A DNA stretch of 64,000 nt from Chrysomallon squamiferum (GCA_012295275.1 CM022676.1:8308001-8372000), one strand, 5' to 3'. Positions 14,876 to 28,387 are shown, numbered from the stretch's first letter. Numbers and translations: made by a program. Notes: generated from the letters alone by a model not told the origin.

Positions 14876-15217
14876 CCCAAGCCTGGTGACTTGTTCATTC
14901 AGTGCATTAACCCACTGATCTACCCATTCTGGCCGATGATAGTAGTGCAAGTAGCCCCAGTTGATAGCGGTGTTCAACCAGTTGCATGGCTCGACATGGT
15001 AAGTAGGTGCTATGACCGTTCGTTCTGGCACCCCGCTAGTGTCTTTTAAAACGTCGCTGGTCGTGGGACGTCGTTGCAATGGGCCAACGAAAGTATGCAA
15101 TGCTGAGACAATGACGTAGACCATAAAACACTGTACTATCCATCCAAACAGCAAAATATCCAGGATGTGGTCTTCCCAACTCAAACGGGAGAACCAACCG
15201 GTACCTGCCTCCGCCAT
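14876..15217 (-). CDS. C2CD2L: First coding exon of a C2CD2/C2CD2L (TMEM24)-like ER membrane SMP/C2 lipid-transfer protein; the gene continues off the left edge of the window
   Basis: aaaATGG start at 15217 (alternative in-frame ATG at 15274). N-terminal hydrophobic anchor (ILDILLFGWIVQCFMVYVIVSAL), then CNWLNTAINW...WVDQWVNALNEQVTRLG, resembling the TMEM24 SMP start as recalled (WQRAWVRALNEQACRNG). Phase-0 donor GGG|GTAAGT at 14875. No further exon recognised in 1-14875. Confidence 0.75.
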
Positions 15218-15289
15218 TTTGGTATAACTCTCACCCAACTTGTACCATATCAGTTTTAGGGTTATATCAGCCATAAAGGAATCGTCTGC

Positions 15290-15530
15290 TTCCGTCTTGG
15301 CCAATCATAACCTGGGCCGGGTAACTTGATACCTTTGCAGATGCTTTGCACTCCCATAAACCGACCTGATGTTTCCTGAACGGGGCGGGGAATTACGTTT
15401 TGGCAGGTGAAAATGTTTGGAATGCTATTGGGGTTTTCCGATTTTGTGTGACGTAGCATTTCTCGTAGCCAATGAAAATATTGCGAAAAATGAGATAGGG
15501 AATTTCATCTGTGGGAATTCCTATCACGCT
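15290..15530. promoter_or_regulatory. CpG-rich promoter upstream of the C2CD2L-like gene, with a GC box, CCAAT boxes, a CRE-like site and clustered kappaB-like motifs
   Basis: CCAAT at 15301 and 15469; GGGGCGGGG 15382-15390; GGGAATTAC 15388; GGGGTTTTCC 15430; TGACGT 15449; GGGAATTTCA 15498; GGGAATTCCT 15513. CpG is locally retained relative to the flanks. Confidence 0.6.
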
Positions 15531-15791
15531 GACAGTTCCATACCTGATTGCCTGTTTCTCTGGAATGGTTCAACAATAATTAAGGAAAGGGGTGTAAGTT
15601 GTAAAGTTCTGTTAACTTAAGAACACTGAGATTTGTCTAAAGCATATCATTTTGGAAAAGAGAACGAAAAAATACACTGGTATGCCATAACAATATTTAT
15701 GTGCGTATGTGTGTGCGTACGCGTGCATTTGAAAGTTGGGGACACGTACCAATATAATAACGAATAATTAAGAAAGTTTATTGCACAGATA

Positions 15792-15843
<52 letters not shown>

Positions 15844-16612
15844 TATATATATGGAATGGTTTGTTGTACTAATTATTTGCTATGCTTAATGTGTTAATTA
15901 CATTAACAAAATCAAGAAAAACATTCTTTCAAAATAGAATTCACAAACTTTATTATATGTGTGTATATGTGTGTGTGTATGTGTAACTATATATCTATCC
16001 TTCCGTCTGTCAGTCTATGTAAGCATCTATTCATCCATCTCTCTATCTATCTGTCTGTCTGTCTGTCTGTCTATGTATGTATTTATACCCACTAACACAG
16101 TATATAAAAAGATATACAGTTTCTTTCAGTTAAGACTTACTTTTGATAAAAAATATATATATACACAAAAAAATCTTCATCTATTACAAAATGCAGCTAT
16201 GTTTCATTACAAATTCAGTGAACGTCTCTGTAATGAGCACATCAGTTACAAAAATGTTGTTAAAAACAATAACAGATTTCCACAAATAATTTATTACAAA
16301 CTGTCAAAACACTTGTCATTTATAATATATAGCTTCAGAGAGGAGAATTCACAATGTATAAGAATCACTTTCATCAGAAGTGTTATGAAAACCTGCCAAA
16401 AACAGCACCAGTTGCAGGTTTTGGGATTTCTCCTGTAGACCGCAAGCTGTTTACTTTCACTAGCAAGCCTGCTGGAGCTAAACGGTTAAGGTTGAAGGAT
16501 GAGGTAATGTATGTACCAGGATCAGTCCTTTCCAGATGATTGGTTTATCAGAGTTCTTCCGTTAGAGTATATGAAATATCGTTTCTGGTGTTGCTGCTAC
16601 TATTATTATTGC

Positions 16613-16643
<31 letters not shown>

Positions 16644-16710
16644 TTCTTCTTCTTCTTCTTCTTCTTCTTCTTATTATTATTATTATTATTATTTTCATTA
16701 TCATTATTAA

Positions 16711-16756
<46 letters not shown>

Positions 16757-17399
16757 GTTATTTTTATTACTATTATTACTACGACCATTACTACTACCTT
16801 TAATACTGTTATTATTATTATTATTATTATTATTACCAAATGATATCAGTTGAAAGTAGCAATATCAAGGCATCTTCATCAACTAAAGTCACAGAAAAAA
16901 AAATTAATAAACAAAAAAAATCCACAAACAAACTAATAATAATGCATAAAAATAAAAATGATGATGATAATGGCAGCAGCTGCAATAGTAGCAGAAAATA
17001 AATAATAAATAAAAATAAAATAAAATAAACAGAATTTTAAAACTTTTATAGTAATACTGAAGGAGTATATAATAAAACAGATTTCATCTATTTATGAATA
17101 TCACCAGTGTTACATCTTAACAATAAACAAATTGCTATAACAAATAATCACTTTGAAGTGTACAGGAGGTTTCTGTACCATTGTGGATAATCTTTAAAGA
17201 GCACAACAACATCACTCTGTACTTCAATGTGAGGCAGACACAACAAATTATTCTCAAAGATTCTTGGTGAGATTTGTGCTTCATCAAGCAGATGATAAAG
17301 ACAAGGTTAACTGGGATGCTTTAAGAAACTTAATTTACTTGTCTCTTCATGTTAGCAACTCGACTGATTTTATGGACGAGAAACATAAAAATAAAATAA

Positions 17400-17835
17400 G
17401 AGTGGAGGAAAGGAGAGTAGATTAGAATAGTGTAGAAAGTGAATTAGAGTAGTGCAGACTAGACTAGAGAAAGTAGAGGAGAGCAGTGTAGAGTAGTGTA
17501 GAGAATGGAAGAGTAAAATAAGGAGAGTAGAGAAGAGTAGTGTAGAATAAAACAGATTAGAGTATAGACCGCAAATAGAATAAAATAGAGTAGAGTAGAA
17601 AACTATAGTGTGTAGTAGAGCAGAGTAGAGTAGAATAGAGAAAAGAAAAATAGAACAGACAAGTGCAAAGTAGAGAATTGTAGTTTAGTGCAGAGAAAAG
17701 TAGAGAAAGGTAAAATAATGTACACAGATGAGAGGAGAGTAGATTAGAGAGTAGATGAGTATAGTAGAGTAGAACAGTAGAATAGAGAAAAGAAGAATAG
17801 AAAAACATATAGTACAGTATAATGGAGTAGAGTAC
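17400..17835. repeat. Purine-rich degenerate (AGTAG/AGAAT)n pentamer array
   Basis: Visible 5-bp periodicity; almost no C on the + strand. Confidence 0.8.
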
Positions 17836-18124
17836 TGGTCAAGACATAAATAAATGTGATTACATCATTATGATTATTATTGCAATAATTAATTAAAACA
17901 TCTTTAAATTATAATTTTATTTCTGAAAACGTTACAATAATAAATAAACACTGAAAATCTTGTACATGACATATGATACATATATAAAGTTTTGAATGGG
18001 TGATGATGTTGTAATACTTCAGCACTGAATTTATGTGGTAACAATAATGTGGAGAGGAGTTTTTCATCTGTTTATTGTTCTATATGTGGTTATGCATTGC
18101 TTTAAACTGTGTGTGTGTGTGTGT

Positions 18125-18262
<138 letters not shown>

Positions 18263-19402
18263 CCCTATATCTTTCTATCTAATATTTATTTATCTATCTG
18301 TCTGTCTGTCTACCTATCTATCTGTTAAGTTCTGCTTTGATAAATAATATATATATTTTTTTTTATTGATAATATAAATATACAGAATCAGTGATATAAT
18401 AAATGTTCAAAGTCAGTATAGAAATTATGATTAAATTATCAGTAATTTTAGAAATATATTAAAATAAGTGACTATTCTGTTATAAACACTGAAACATATT
18501 TATACTGTATACATATATATATATATACAACTTATTTTATATTTTAATATGTCATCTTTTCTATTTTTATTTTTAGTTAATTTTATTTGACTAAGTTATG
18601 ATGATTTTTATGTGTTTTTTTTTCTTTTTCTTTTTTTTTATATTGATATATTTTAATGTCAATTTAAGAATTAAATTTGGGAACAGACCTTTATTTTAAT
18701 ATTTTTTAAATATAACTATAAATAAACCTGGTACGGGTGGGATGAATCTGAATCTAAATCATTATAAAATTATTTGAGATGTTAATTTATTTTAAACATA
18801 AACAAAATTGTATCATTAACTGAATATGATTTAATATCAGGTACAGATGTTGTCTAATGTTTAATTAGTTTAAAACATAAATATTAAAATTAATTTATTT
18901 ACATAACTGTTAATAATAATTCTTAATTCTGTTTCACTTATGTAATTTAATGCAATATTTTGATTGACTCTTAATACTGATTCTTTCCAAAAATTCATTT
19001 ACGTTTTTTTTAATACTGTAAGTTAAATAACTCTTAATAGTGATTTTTACTGATTATTATCAGTATTTATTTTATTCTATTTTATTTTATTATATTATAT
19101 TTCACTATATCATTTCATTTCACTTTATTTTATTCTATTATCTTAATTTTTTTACTTTACTATAAAAAAAAGTATCTTCTTACCAATTCAATATTAAATC
19201 AACACACACACACACACAAAGACTTAGACATATAAGCACTAAAAATAACTGTTAAAAAAGGCATCGAGAACTAAAATATTTCAAATAAAATCAGTACATT
19301 TGTTATATTATATAAAAAAAAAAAAAAATAATAATAAGTAAATAAATAACTAAACAAAATAATAACAACAAAAAAAAAAAAAAAAAAAAAAACAGGCTTG
19401 AA

Positions 19403-22080
19403 CTATTTTGGTAAATAAGTCAGCAAAGAACCACTAAAACTTCCAGTCACCAAACAAGGGTAAGCAGGATGGTAAGCAACATCGGAGACAACGTTCGTCT
19501 GCCCACGCAACTTTTCGCAGTATGTCCCGGTCCTCAGATCAAAGACATACACACATTTATCCTCAGAACCCGAGGCAAGGTACGTTCCATGGGACTGATT
19601 TCCAAACCGCAGTTATGGGCCTTGTTGAGGTGTCCTTCCAGTCTCTGGATACACTTCTGCGTCCTCACGTCCCACAGCTTGATGCAGTCAGCCAGAGCAG
19701 CAGACGCAAACAGGTTGTAGGCAGACTGCGGCTGGGTGGCGTTGGCTGAACCTCTGTTGAGGCTGATGGAATGGACAGGACGGGAATGCGAGTCGGGGAC
19801 AGATTTGGCGAGTCTGCCCACGTTCATGTCAAACAGCTCGATGTTCCGGTTGGATCCGGCACAGATGACGATGTGAGAGTGGAACGCGTTCACGGCAGCC
19901 ATCGAGGTCAAGGTGACGCTGTCGGTTTCCCATTTCTGAACCAGCTTGTAGAAGCTCTTGGGAATGTAGCGCTTGATTTCCTCTTTAGCCGGGTCCAGGT
20001 AGTATTTGTACATGTAGAGAAAGCCAGCGCTCGTGACGAGGATAAATTTGTCCATGTAGTAGAACTGGGCGTGCTTGATCTCCTTCTCGAAAGGTAGGTT
20101 GGTGACCTCTGTTGGCAGCTGCTCTTTGTTAACTGAGAAGTTGTTCATGGTTTTGTCGATCTTCATAACTGGGTCACTTCCTCCTACAGGCCACATTGCC
20201 ACAGTTCGGTCATCGGATGCTGTCAGTATGTAACTACCACTGTGACTCCAAGCAACGGTGTTGACAACTCCATCATGCCCCACCAGAGAACAACACTTGT
20301 TTGATTCTATTGGATGTCTGTAAATGGAAGCAGTTTTATTGGACAGTGCACAAGCAAGTCTTTTGCCGTCATCAGAAAAAGCTATCATATTTATAGGTGT
20401 TGGTCTTTCGGCCACAACAACTTTTTCACCTTTGACCCGACATGGTTCAGAGTTTGCAGGATAATTAATAGGAAACACGTTACCTATTGACTCAGATCTT
20501 TTCCTTGTAGGTGCAGCAGACTTTGTTTTTGAAACAGTCGGTTGAAACATTTTCATTTTGGGTGTGTCAGCATAGCCTGACGATTTCACCTTTGAGGTAA
20601 AGGTCAAAGGTTGATTCATGGGATCGCTCTTTCTTCTTGTTTCTAAAGAAACGAGCTTTTTAGTTGGTGTTTTCTTGTTTTTATCATTCCTTGTGTTTGG
20701 AACCAGTTCAGCATTGAGAGGGGATTTTTCACACAGATGAGAAGTGGCAACAATACTTAACTCATTTGTACTTCCTGCACTTGATGAAGAATCTGCAATT
20801 TTAATTTGTTCTAAAGCACTTTCAATTTCAGTTTCTTCACCGACGTATTGGGTTTTATCCTTATCATTAATATGCCATTGAAGAATGTGCATTTTGTCTT
20901 CAAAATACGTTCCAATAATTGCCCAGATGTCAAATCCCGAAGGTCCTTGTCCAAATTCACAGTACCTGCAAGCTCCAATGGTCTCGGTAGACTTTCCAGA
21001 CTCCACACTTGGCAGAGAATCTCGAAGAGGAACAAAACTCAAAACCTGGTGATTCTTAGGATTGATCTGAAGCAGGTGTCCGGTTGTTGCAACCAGCAAA
21101 ACAGTGTTATGTGTCTGCAGAACTAAATGTATGACAGAGTTTTCAAACTGTGGAGCGATTTCGTCTTTAGTGTCCTGGTGTTGTGCTGGATACACAAACT
21201 TCAGACTGGTGATGCTGTAGCCATACTCAGTAGAGTCCTCGCCTGATACATCATCATCATCATCATCATCAGTTGTGCGTAAAACTCCTTGTTTAGTTAC
21301 TCTGACAGGTCCATCACCTGCTGTATTGTTTTTATTACTTTCTAATTTTTCCCTCTCTTTTGAAATCAATTTTTCAACATCCATCTGATGCAGGGGTCGA
21401 AAGTTGTTGCCGTCAGACAAATCGTACGTTCTAATGATGCCATCTGAGGTTCCAATTGCAAACTGCGCGTGTGACCAGTTCATTGCAATGCTGATAAATG
21501 GAGAAGATGAGATTATCGTGGACTGGTAGATTAAAGAAAATTCATTGACATCCCAAACTATGAAAGTACGATCCTCAGCAATGGAAACAACAGTGGCTGT
21601 ATAATGAGGACAGAATTCAGCTGCAGTAACAGTTCCAGTATGTCCGTCTAAAATGGCGACAGTTTTTTCTTCATTGGATTGTAATAAATATATGACATCT
21701 TTAGCACAAACTGCTACTAAACTATCATCCGTGCTGAAAGCACAGTGGTTAACGTCATCCAATCGCGTACCAATTATCTGCCCTTTAATCCGCTCACCGG
21801 CTGCAAACTTTTCATATGCATTTTTCACATTCCAGACAATAACGTAATCGTCTGCTGCGGAACACAGTAGTCTAGATTGTCGACTGTGGCTAAAAGATAA
21901 TGCTTTGATATTTTTTCTGTGGCCTTCGAGATAAACTGGATTTTCATTAAGATTGTGGAAAAAAGAAATTCCGATCGATGTTTTCGTGAATGGAAATGCA
22001 AAGCAAAAACCGTCACTTACTGGTACGACGTGACGTGGGTTCGTGTTTGGTGCAATCGTTAGTTTGTGCACGACGGACAT
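19403..22080 (-). CDS. WDR27: WD repeat-containing protein 27-like, single coding exon, about 892 aa once a 1-nt frameshift at 19590/19591 is corrected
   Basis: 865-aa ORF with multiple GH...WD repeats, WDR27-like motifs (LEGHRKNIKAL, AAEFCPH, QPLTFTSKVKSSGY, AVNAFHSHIVICAGSNR) and first ATG at 22080. After ISP the alternative frame continues xGTYLASGSEDKCVYVFDLRTG...VSDVAYHPAYPCLVTGSFSGSLLTYLPK to TAG at 19405-19403. Confidence 0.88.
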
Positions 22081-22204
22081 TCTGAATCCGATATTTTTCT
22101 TTTGTGTATTTTGATTAAATTTGGTTGCCACTTTATTTACCTTAAACAGAAATTCTTTAGCTTGCTTCTACAAGTTGTGTTGTTAATGACGCTTTGCTCA
22201 ATAA

Positions 22205-22219
22205 AGCGCCACCTATAAC
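22205..22219. promoter_or_regulatory. CTCF-like motif upstream of WDR27
   Basis: GCGCCACCTA at 22206-22215 matches the core of the CTCF consensus GCGCCMYCTRGTGG, but the 3' GTGG is missing. Confidence 0.35.
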
Positions 22220-22568
22220 AAATACAGATTAGAGTTATCGTTACTAATATTTGTTAGGGCTAAAACGCGGATACACATTATTGTTAAGCTTGTTTCTATT
22301 TTGTCCTCTGAATGTTATACAGTGCAACAAAGAAGATCTTACAGTACTATCGAATGAAAAAGTACATCCAGTCATCATATACAAATTCAAATGTAACATA
22401 AATAAATGTAAGGAAATGTTATTATCTTAAAGGAAATAACTATAAACTCGTTCTTCAAACATTTTATAAAATTATTAACGACAAATAATTCCAGCAACCA
22501 AATATATTTTTTATTCTGAATTTTATATTATTATTATTTAATTTTTTTCAATGTTTTATCGTTGCAGT

Positions 22569-22654
<86 letters not shown>

Positions 22655-23278
22655 TTAATTTGATATACAATTTCAAAACAATTACTGTATTGTTTCTTCC
22701 TTTTTTTTTTTCTTTTTTTTTTTTAAATTTTACAATGCGGAAGAATAGATGGGTTATTCACGTTTTCTGTAAATTTTTCTTCAGTGTTATATATAGTTAT
22801 TTCCCTTAGATAGCAGCCAATGTACCAGTTTCACGAAAGTCCAGCCAGTAGTATTGTTTAAATTGTTTTGTTTATTTAACGTCTGCATAAATAAACGTAA
22901 AAGAGCACATAGACACACGCGCACACACGCACACACGCACACACACACACACACATCTGGAAATTGATCCCTCTTTTCAGAAAGGAGTACCAAGGAAAGG
23001 AATAGAAAAGGAAATAGAAAAAAAAAAAATAACAAACATTTCAAACGTTTTCTCTTAATTATTTTAAAACAGTTTCTAAAAGAATTTACATTTTAATTTT
23101 CATGGCTGAGTTACCGTGTATATCTCTTATATTTTCTACAGGATTGAGTGTACAGGAATACAGCCTATTAATCGAGAGTTAAAAAAGAAAACAGATGCAT
23201 TCTTTATTATTTGAATTTATTAACAAAACATAAAAATAAAGATTGTCACAATGCGCTGAAAAAAGAAACATTTAATTA

Positions 23279-23358
<80 letters not shown>

Positions 23359-23874
23359 ACACACAGAGAGAGAGAGAGAGAATGAATTCGTAATATTTAT
23401 GTATAGTACATTAGAGTACTAAATATATAGAGTATTAAATATATTATTATATCGCAAAGAATAAAATATATTTTATCAGAATAATATACAAAATAAATAA
23501 ATATTGTAGCAATAAATCGATAAGCAGCACTCAAGAATATAAAATTTAAATCCCATATCAGTTTTTATAATTTATCACATCCCACGAAGAGTGGTAAGAG
23601 TTTCAAAATTTAACATGTTCGACAGTTTTATTCAGTAAATATGGATTTACCATATATATCGAAAAAATATATATCAATAAGAAAACTGTGATTTCGGACA
23701 ACTACCTTAGACAATATACCAATATTTTCTGTCATATCTACAAGCGGAATCGTTAAGTGATAACAATTTAATGTAAAATATTATCTTTATAATATGTTCT
23801 GATTTAGGAAAACATCATTATTTCGTTCTTTGAGATTACATTCTTCAGCCTTCCTTTTTGTATTACTCTTGTTG

Positions 23875-25455
23875 TCATGGAGACAGAGGTATGAAAAGAG
23901 AAGCAAGAACGACAACTCCTGTGGTGATTAGAACGTCAACTTTTGTTGGTTCTGCGCCATTATCTGACAGTAGAAAATACAATTAAATTAAAAAAACATT
24001 TAAAATTTAGAATAAACATATAATACACCACCCCGACTACCAAGGCGGAAAGTCATGCGAAACAGCACGTTAATCAAAATATACGTTTGACATACAATGC
24101 CCGATATAGTAGTTGATAAAACAATATTAATATTTTAATAATAATAATAATAATAATAACCATGAAGACAGGTAATCATTCTATTAATATATACAGATCT
24201 AGGTATTTTGGATATTATCTGTATTTCATTTAATTAAAATGGTGACAATCAAACGGTAATCAAACTCCTTAGTTTCTTTCTTTCGTTCTAATTTCAAAAA
24301 ATTATAATTTTTCATTATATATATAATACAGTTTAAGCACTAATCATATTTCGCTAACAGACGATATTAAAGCTGCTGTGACATAATATTTGAAGATTGA
24401 CACGCTACAACCAAGTATTTTCTCTGACTTCCAAGGATTGCAGTTAGAAAAAATTTGAAAATCTCTGGTTGAACATAATCTTACGAAATTAAAATTATCT
24501 TTAAATGCTTCAAAACTCAGGACGTAGCTGCTAAACGTGTTATTTATCTTGCAATGAATTAAATAATAATAACAAACACACACACACACACATATATATA
24601 TAAAATATAAAATATAAACCCAAATCGAACAGAAGCATATGGAAGAATTATGTGACAAATACTCAACAATAACAAGCATGAATATTAATAAGCTAAACAT
24701 TAATTGATATATTTATTATAATGAGCGACCACACACGATATTTTTATCATCATATAACTATTACTGTTTTAATTATTTGTCTTGAAATGTTTAAATCATA
24801 GTTTAATTCACGTCGTATTAACTGTTATCCTGCACTCACCAATCTTTTTAACGGAAATGTTAACGCTTTCTGAAAACAGATCGTTTCCGTTCACCATGCA
24901 GCGGAACCTCCGGCCGTCGTCGCCTTCTTCAACGCTGTGAGATAGAGTTGTCTCCCCTGTGTACTGGCATTCATCTCTTACCACAGGACCAGTGGTTATC
25001 CTATCTGGGTGAGGGTACTGAACCCACGCGTTACCGTTTTCCCACTGCCAAGTCCAAGGGTGTGTTGAGGGTGGGGTTCCGACGTACCCCGTACACTTTA
25101 TTTCAACAGTGGCCCCAGGGCTGAGTTCCGAGTTTGGCTTCTGTGTTATAACAAGGTTTTGGGGATCGGCTTGATAATGTGAAAGGTAAAACATAAATTA
25201 AATACAATTCAATGGGGAAGAAGAAGAAGAAGAAGAAGAAGAAGAAGAAGAAGAAGAAGAAGAAGAAAAAACAGAAGAAAAAACAGAAAAAAAATGAAAG
25301 AACGAAAGAAAGAAGAAACTTGAAAACAAAGAAAGTGAAGAAAAGGCATAAATAGAATGGAATTCAATAGAAATTGACATATTGAATGACAGATGGACCA
25401 ACGGACAAACCTGTACATATATAGATTATAGATAGATAGTTAGACAGACACAGAC

Positions 25456-25498
<43 letters not shown>

Positions 25499-27573
25499 TA
25501 GATAGATAGATAGATAGATAGATAAATAGAATACTGCAAACAAAATTATTAAAAAAGATCCCGCCCGCCCAACAAACAAACAAACAAACAAATAAATAAA
25601 TAATAAATAAATAAAAGTAAAATAAAAGTAAAATAAAATAAAATAAAATAAAATAATAAACCCAACGTACAATAAAAACAAATCGTCACTTCTGCCGAGT
25701 AATGTATGTCACTGTTAACAAGACACCGGAACTTCCGCCCGTTATCGGAAGCAGTCACATTGTGCGTCAGAGTGCTCGCCCCTGTATTTGTGCAGTTCTC
25801 AGTCACAACTGGGTCATCCGTGATGCTTGTGTTTCGCGGGTAGGACGTCCACTCGCCTTCGTTTGACCATTCCCAGCTCCAAGGAGAATCCAAAGGACGG
25901 CTTCCGACATCACCAGAGCATTTGAGTGTTATAGATGTATCTGGATTAACAGGGCCACTGGGATCTTGGTTTAACTGGATATTTTCTGGATCATCTGTGA
26001 ATATGTATATTTGTATGTATATTTGTATAAGTGGACATGATGACTTATTAGTTAAGTTATAAATTGCACTATAAAGCTAGTCCTGTAGAAGAACAAATAT
26101 ACACACAAAAAAGAATAAAATATTAAAATTTTTGCTATATTTTTAACCTTACTTTAAAGAAAGAAAAGTAAAATTTAAAAAAGAAAAGTAAAAACAGCTT
26201 TCAGCAAATAAATGAATACATTTAAAATTGACAGAATATAAATAAAATACTAACGATGAATACAAATGGTAGCTTCAGCTGAATACGTCATACTGTCGTT
26301 GACAACACACCGGAACTTCCGGCCGTTATCGGAAGAAGTCACGTTGTGAATGAGAGTGGTCGCCCCTGCATTAAGACAGCCATTGCTGATAACCGGGTCA
26401 TTTGAAATCTGATCACTGTCAGGGTAAGGTACCCAGTTATGATTATCTTCCCAGTACCATCTCCATGGTAACGCTGGGGAACCAAGCTCTCCAGTACATT
26501 TCAAAATAATGGAAGAACCAGGGCTGACTGGTTCAGTTGGTTTCTGAATAAAGTGTACACTGTACGGCTCATCTAAATTAAAAAGATAACATTTTTAAAA
26601 TGCTACTTTTTTCTATCTTTGTGTGCACGTGTGTAAAATTAACTATGCATGTATTTAAGTGTAGGTGTGTAAATTTATATGTGCACTGTGTGTGCGTGCG
26701 TGTGTGAATGTACGTATGTATATATGTTGTGTATGTGTTATGTGTGTTTTTATAAGCACGTACGTATGTGTGTGTATATGTATATGTGTAAATGTATCTG
26801 TATTTGTGTGTGTCTGGGCATGTGTAGATGTACATTTTCCAAGTAGAAATGAAACATAAAATAAAATAAAAGAATCAGCTTACGATGAATACAAATCATC
26901 GTTTCAGCAAAGCTATTAATATCACCATTGACGACACACCGGAACTTTCGCCCGTTATCGGAAGTGGTAACGGCATGTATCAGAGTGGTCGCCCCTGTGT
27001 TTACGCATTCTCTGTCTGTAATCGGGTCATCTGTTATGGTGTTGTTGTAGGGGTAAGGAAAGAAGTCGTAGCTGTCAAACCAATACCAGCTCCATGGTTT
27101 TGCTGGATTTCCCAGAATTCCCGTGCATTTTAACGTCACAGACAAACCTGGGTTGATTGGGTTTCTGGGATATTCGATGAACTCTATGTTGTGTGGCTGA
27201 GCTAAATAATAACAGTAACAACAATAGCACCAACACTGTTAATAATAGCATGAACAATAAAAATAACAAACAAAAATAAAAACACTGACAACAGTATGAT
27301 TACGATGACTATCCTAATCTCATAATCATCTTCTTCATAATTTTGCTGAGAACAATTCAAAAATATTTTATATCAGATAATTTTGTCTATGATACATTTT
27401 GTGTCTGACGTTAAAAGTTATTACTATTATTATTAGTAGTATTATGAAAATGAAATAAAAAGTAGAAACAGTTAAAAAGCAGCTTCAACCTGATAACAGA
27501 ATAATTTTATCTCTCATTATATATGTGTGCATGTATATGCGTGTGTACGTGTCTGTGTATGTATATGTGTGTG

Positions 27574-27616
<43 letters not shown>

Positions 27617-28346
27617 TGTGTTATTTTTCGAAACGTGTAAAAAACTACTTACTCTCGATACAAATGCTAACTTCTGCGGAATACAGCGGGTTATTATCAA
27701 CCAGACAGCGAAACGTCCTGTTGTTGTCGGATGTCGTAACGAAGTGCGATAGAGTTGTCTCCCCTACATAGTTGCAGTTTTCCGCGCGAGGCGGATCATC
27801 GGTTATTGCACCGTCTACTGGATAAGGTTCCCAGCCGCCATTTTCTTTCCACTGCCATTTCCAGGGCGACGGCGGACTGCCGATGATTCCCGAACATTTT
27901 AACGTTGATGCGGACCCTGGTCTCACTGGTTCTCTGGGACTTCGGATAAAGTCGACGCTTCCCGGAGAGGCTAATTAAATAATTAAATAAATAAATACAT
28001 AAATAAATTAATGTGGTAATTAATTTTGTTTAATCCCGCACCACATGAATTGTGTTAAATGTATGTCAATTCTTACGAAAGCTACCAAAAAATGCGTGAT
28101 TTTATGTGGATGGGTATATGTGTGCGCGCGCGCGCGCGCGTGTGTTTATATATAATAAGTACATAAATGAAATAAATTAATTAACTAACACAAGTAACAA
28201 TGATAACTATAGTAGAGTATTAACAGTAATAAAGTAATAGTAGTGTTAATAATAGCAGAATAGTTAATTTTTTAGTGTTTATGGTACTATAGTAGTCTAT
28301 CGTAGTAATTAATAGTAGGAATATTAGTAACAGTAGTGTTTGCTGC

Positions 28347-28387
<41 letters not shown>

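Noticed and set aside
19369-19392. A-run just past the WDR27 stop as a retrogene poly(A) tail
   Set aside because: It is poly(T) on the gene's sense strand, so the orientation is wrong.
19469-21847. Plus-strand ORFs overlapping WDR27
   Set aside because: Antisense shadows of a coding exon, with no recognisable motifs.
22081-22131. N-terminal extension of WDR27 from the ORF track
   Set aside because: It starts at GTG; the first ATG is at 22080.
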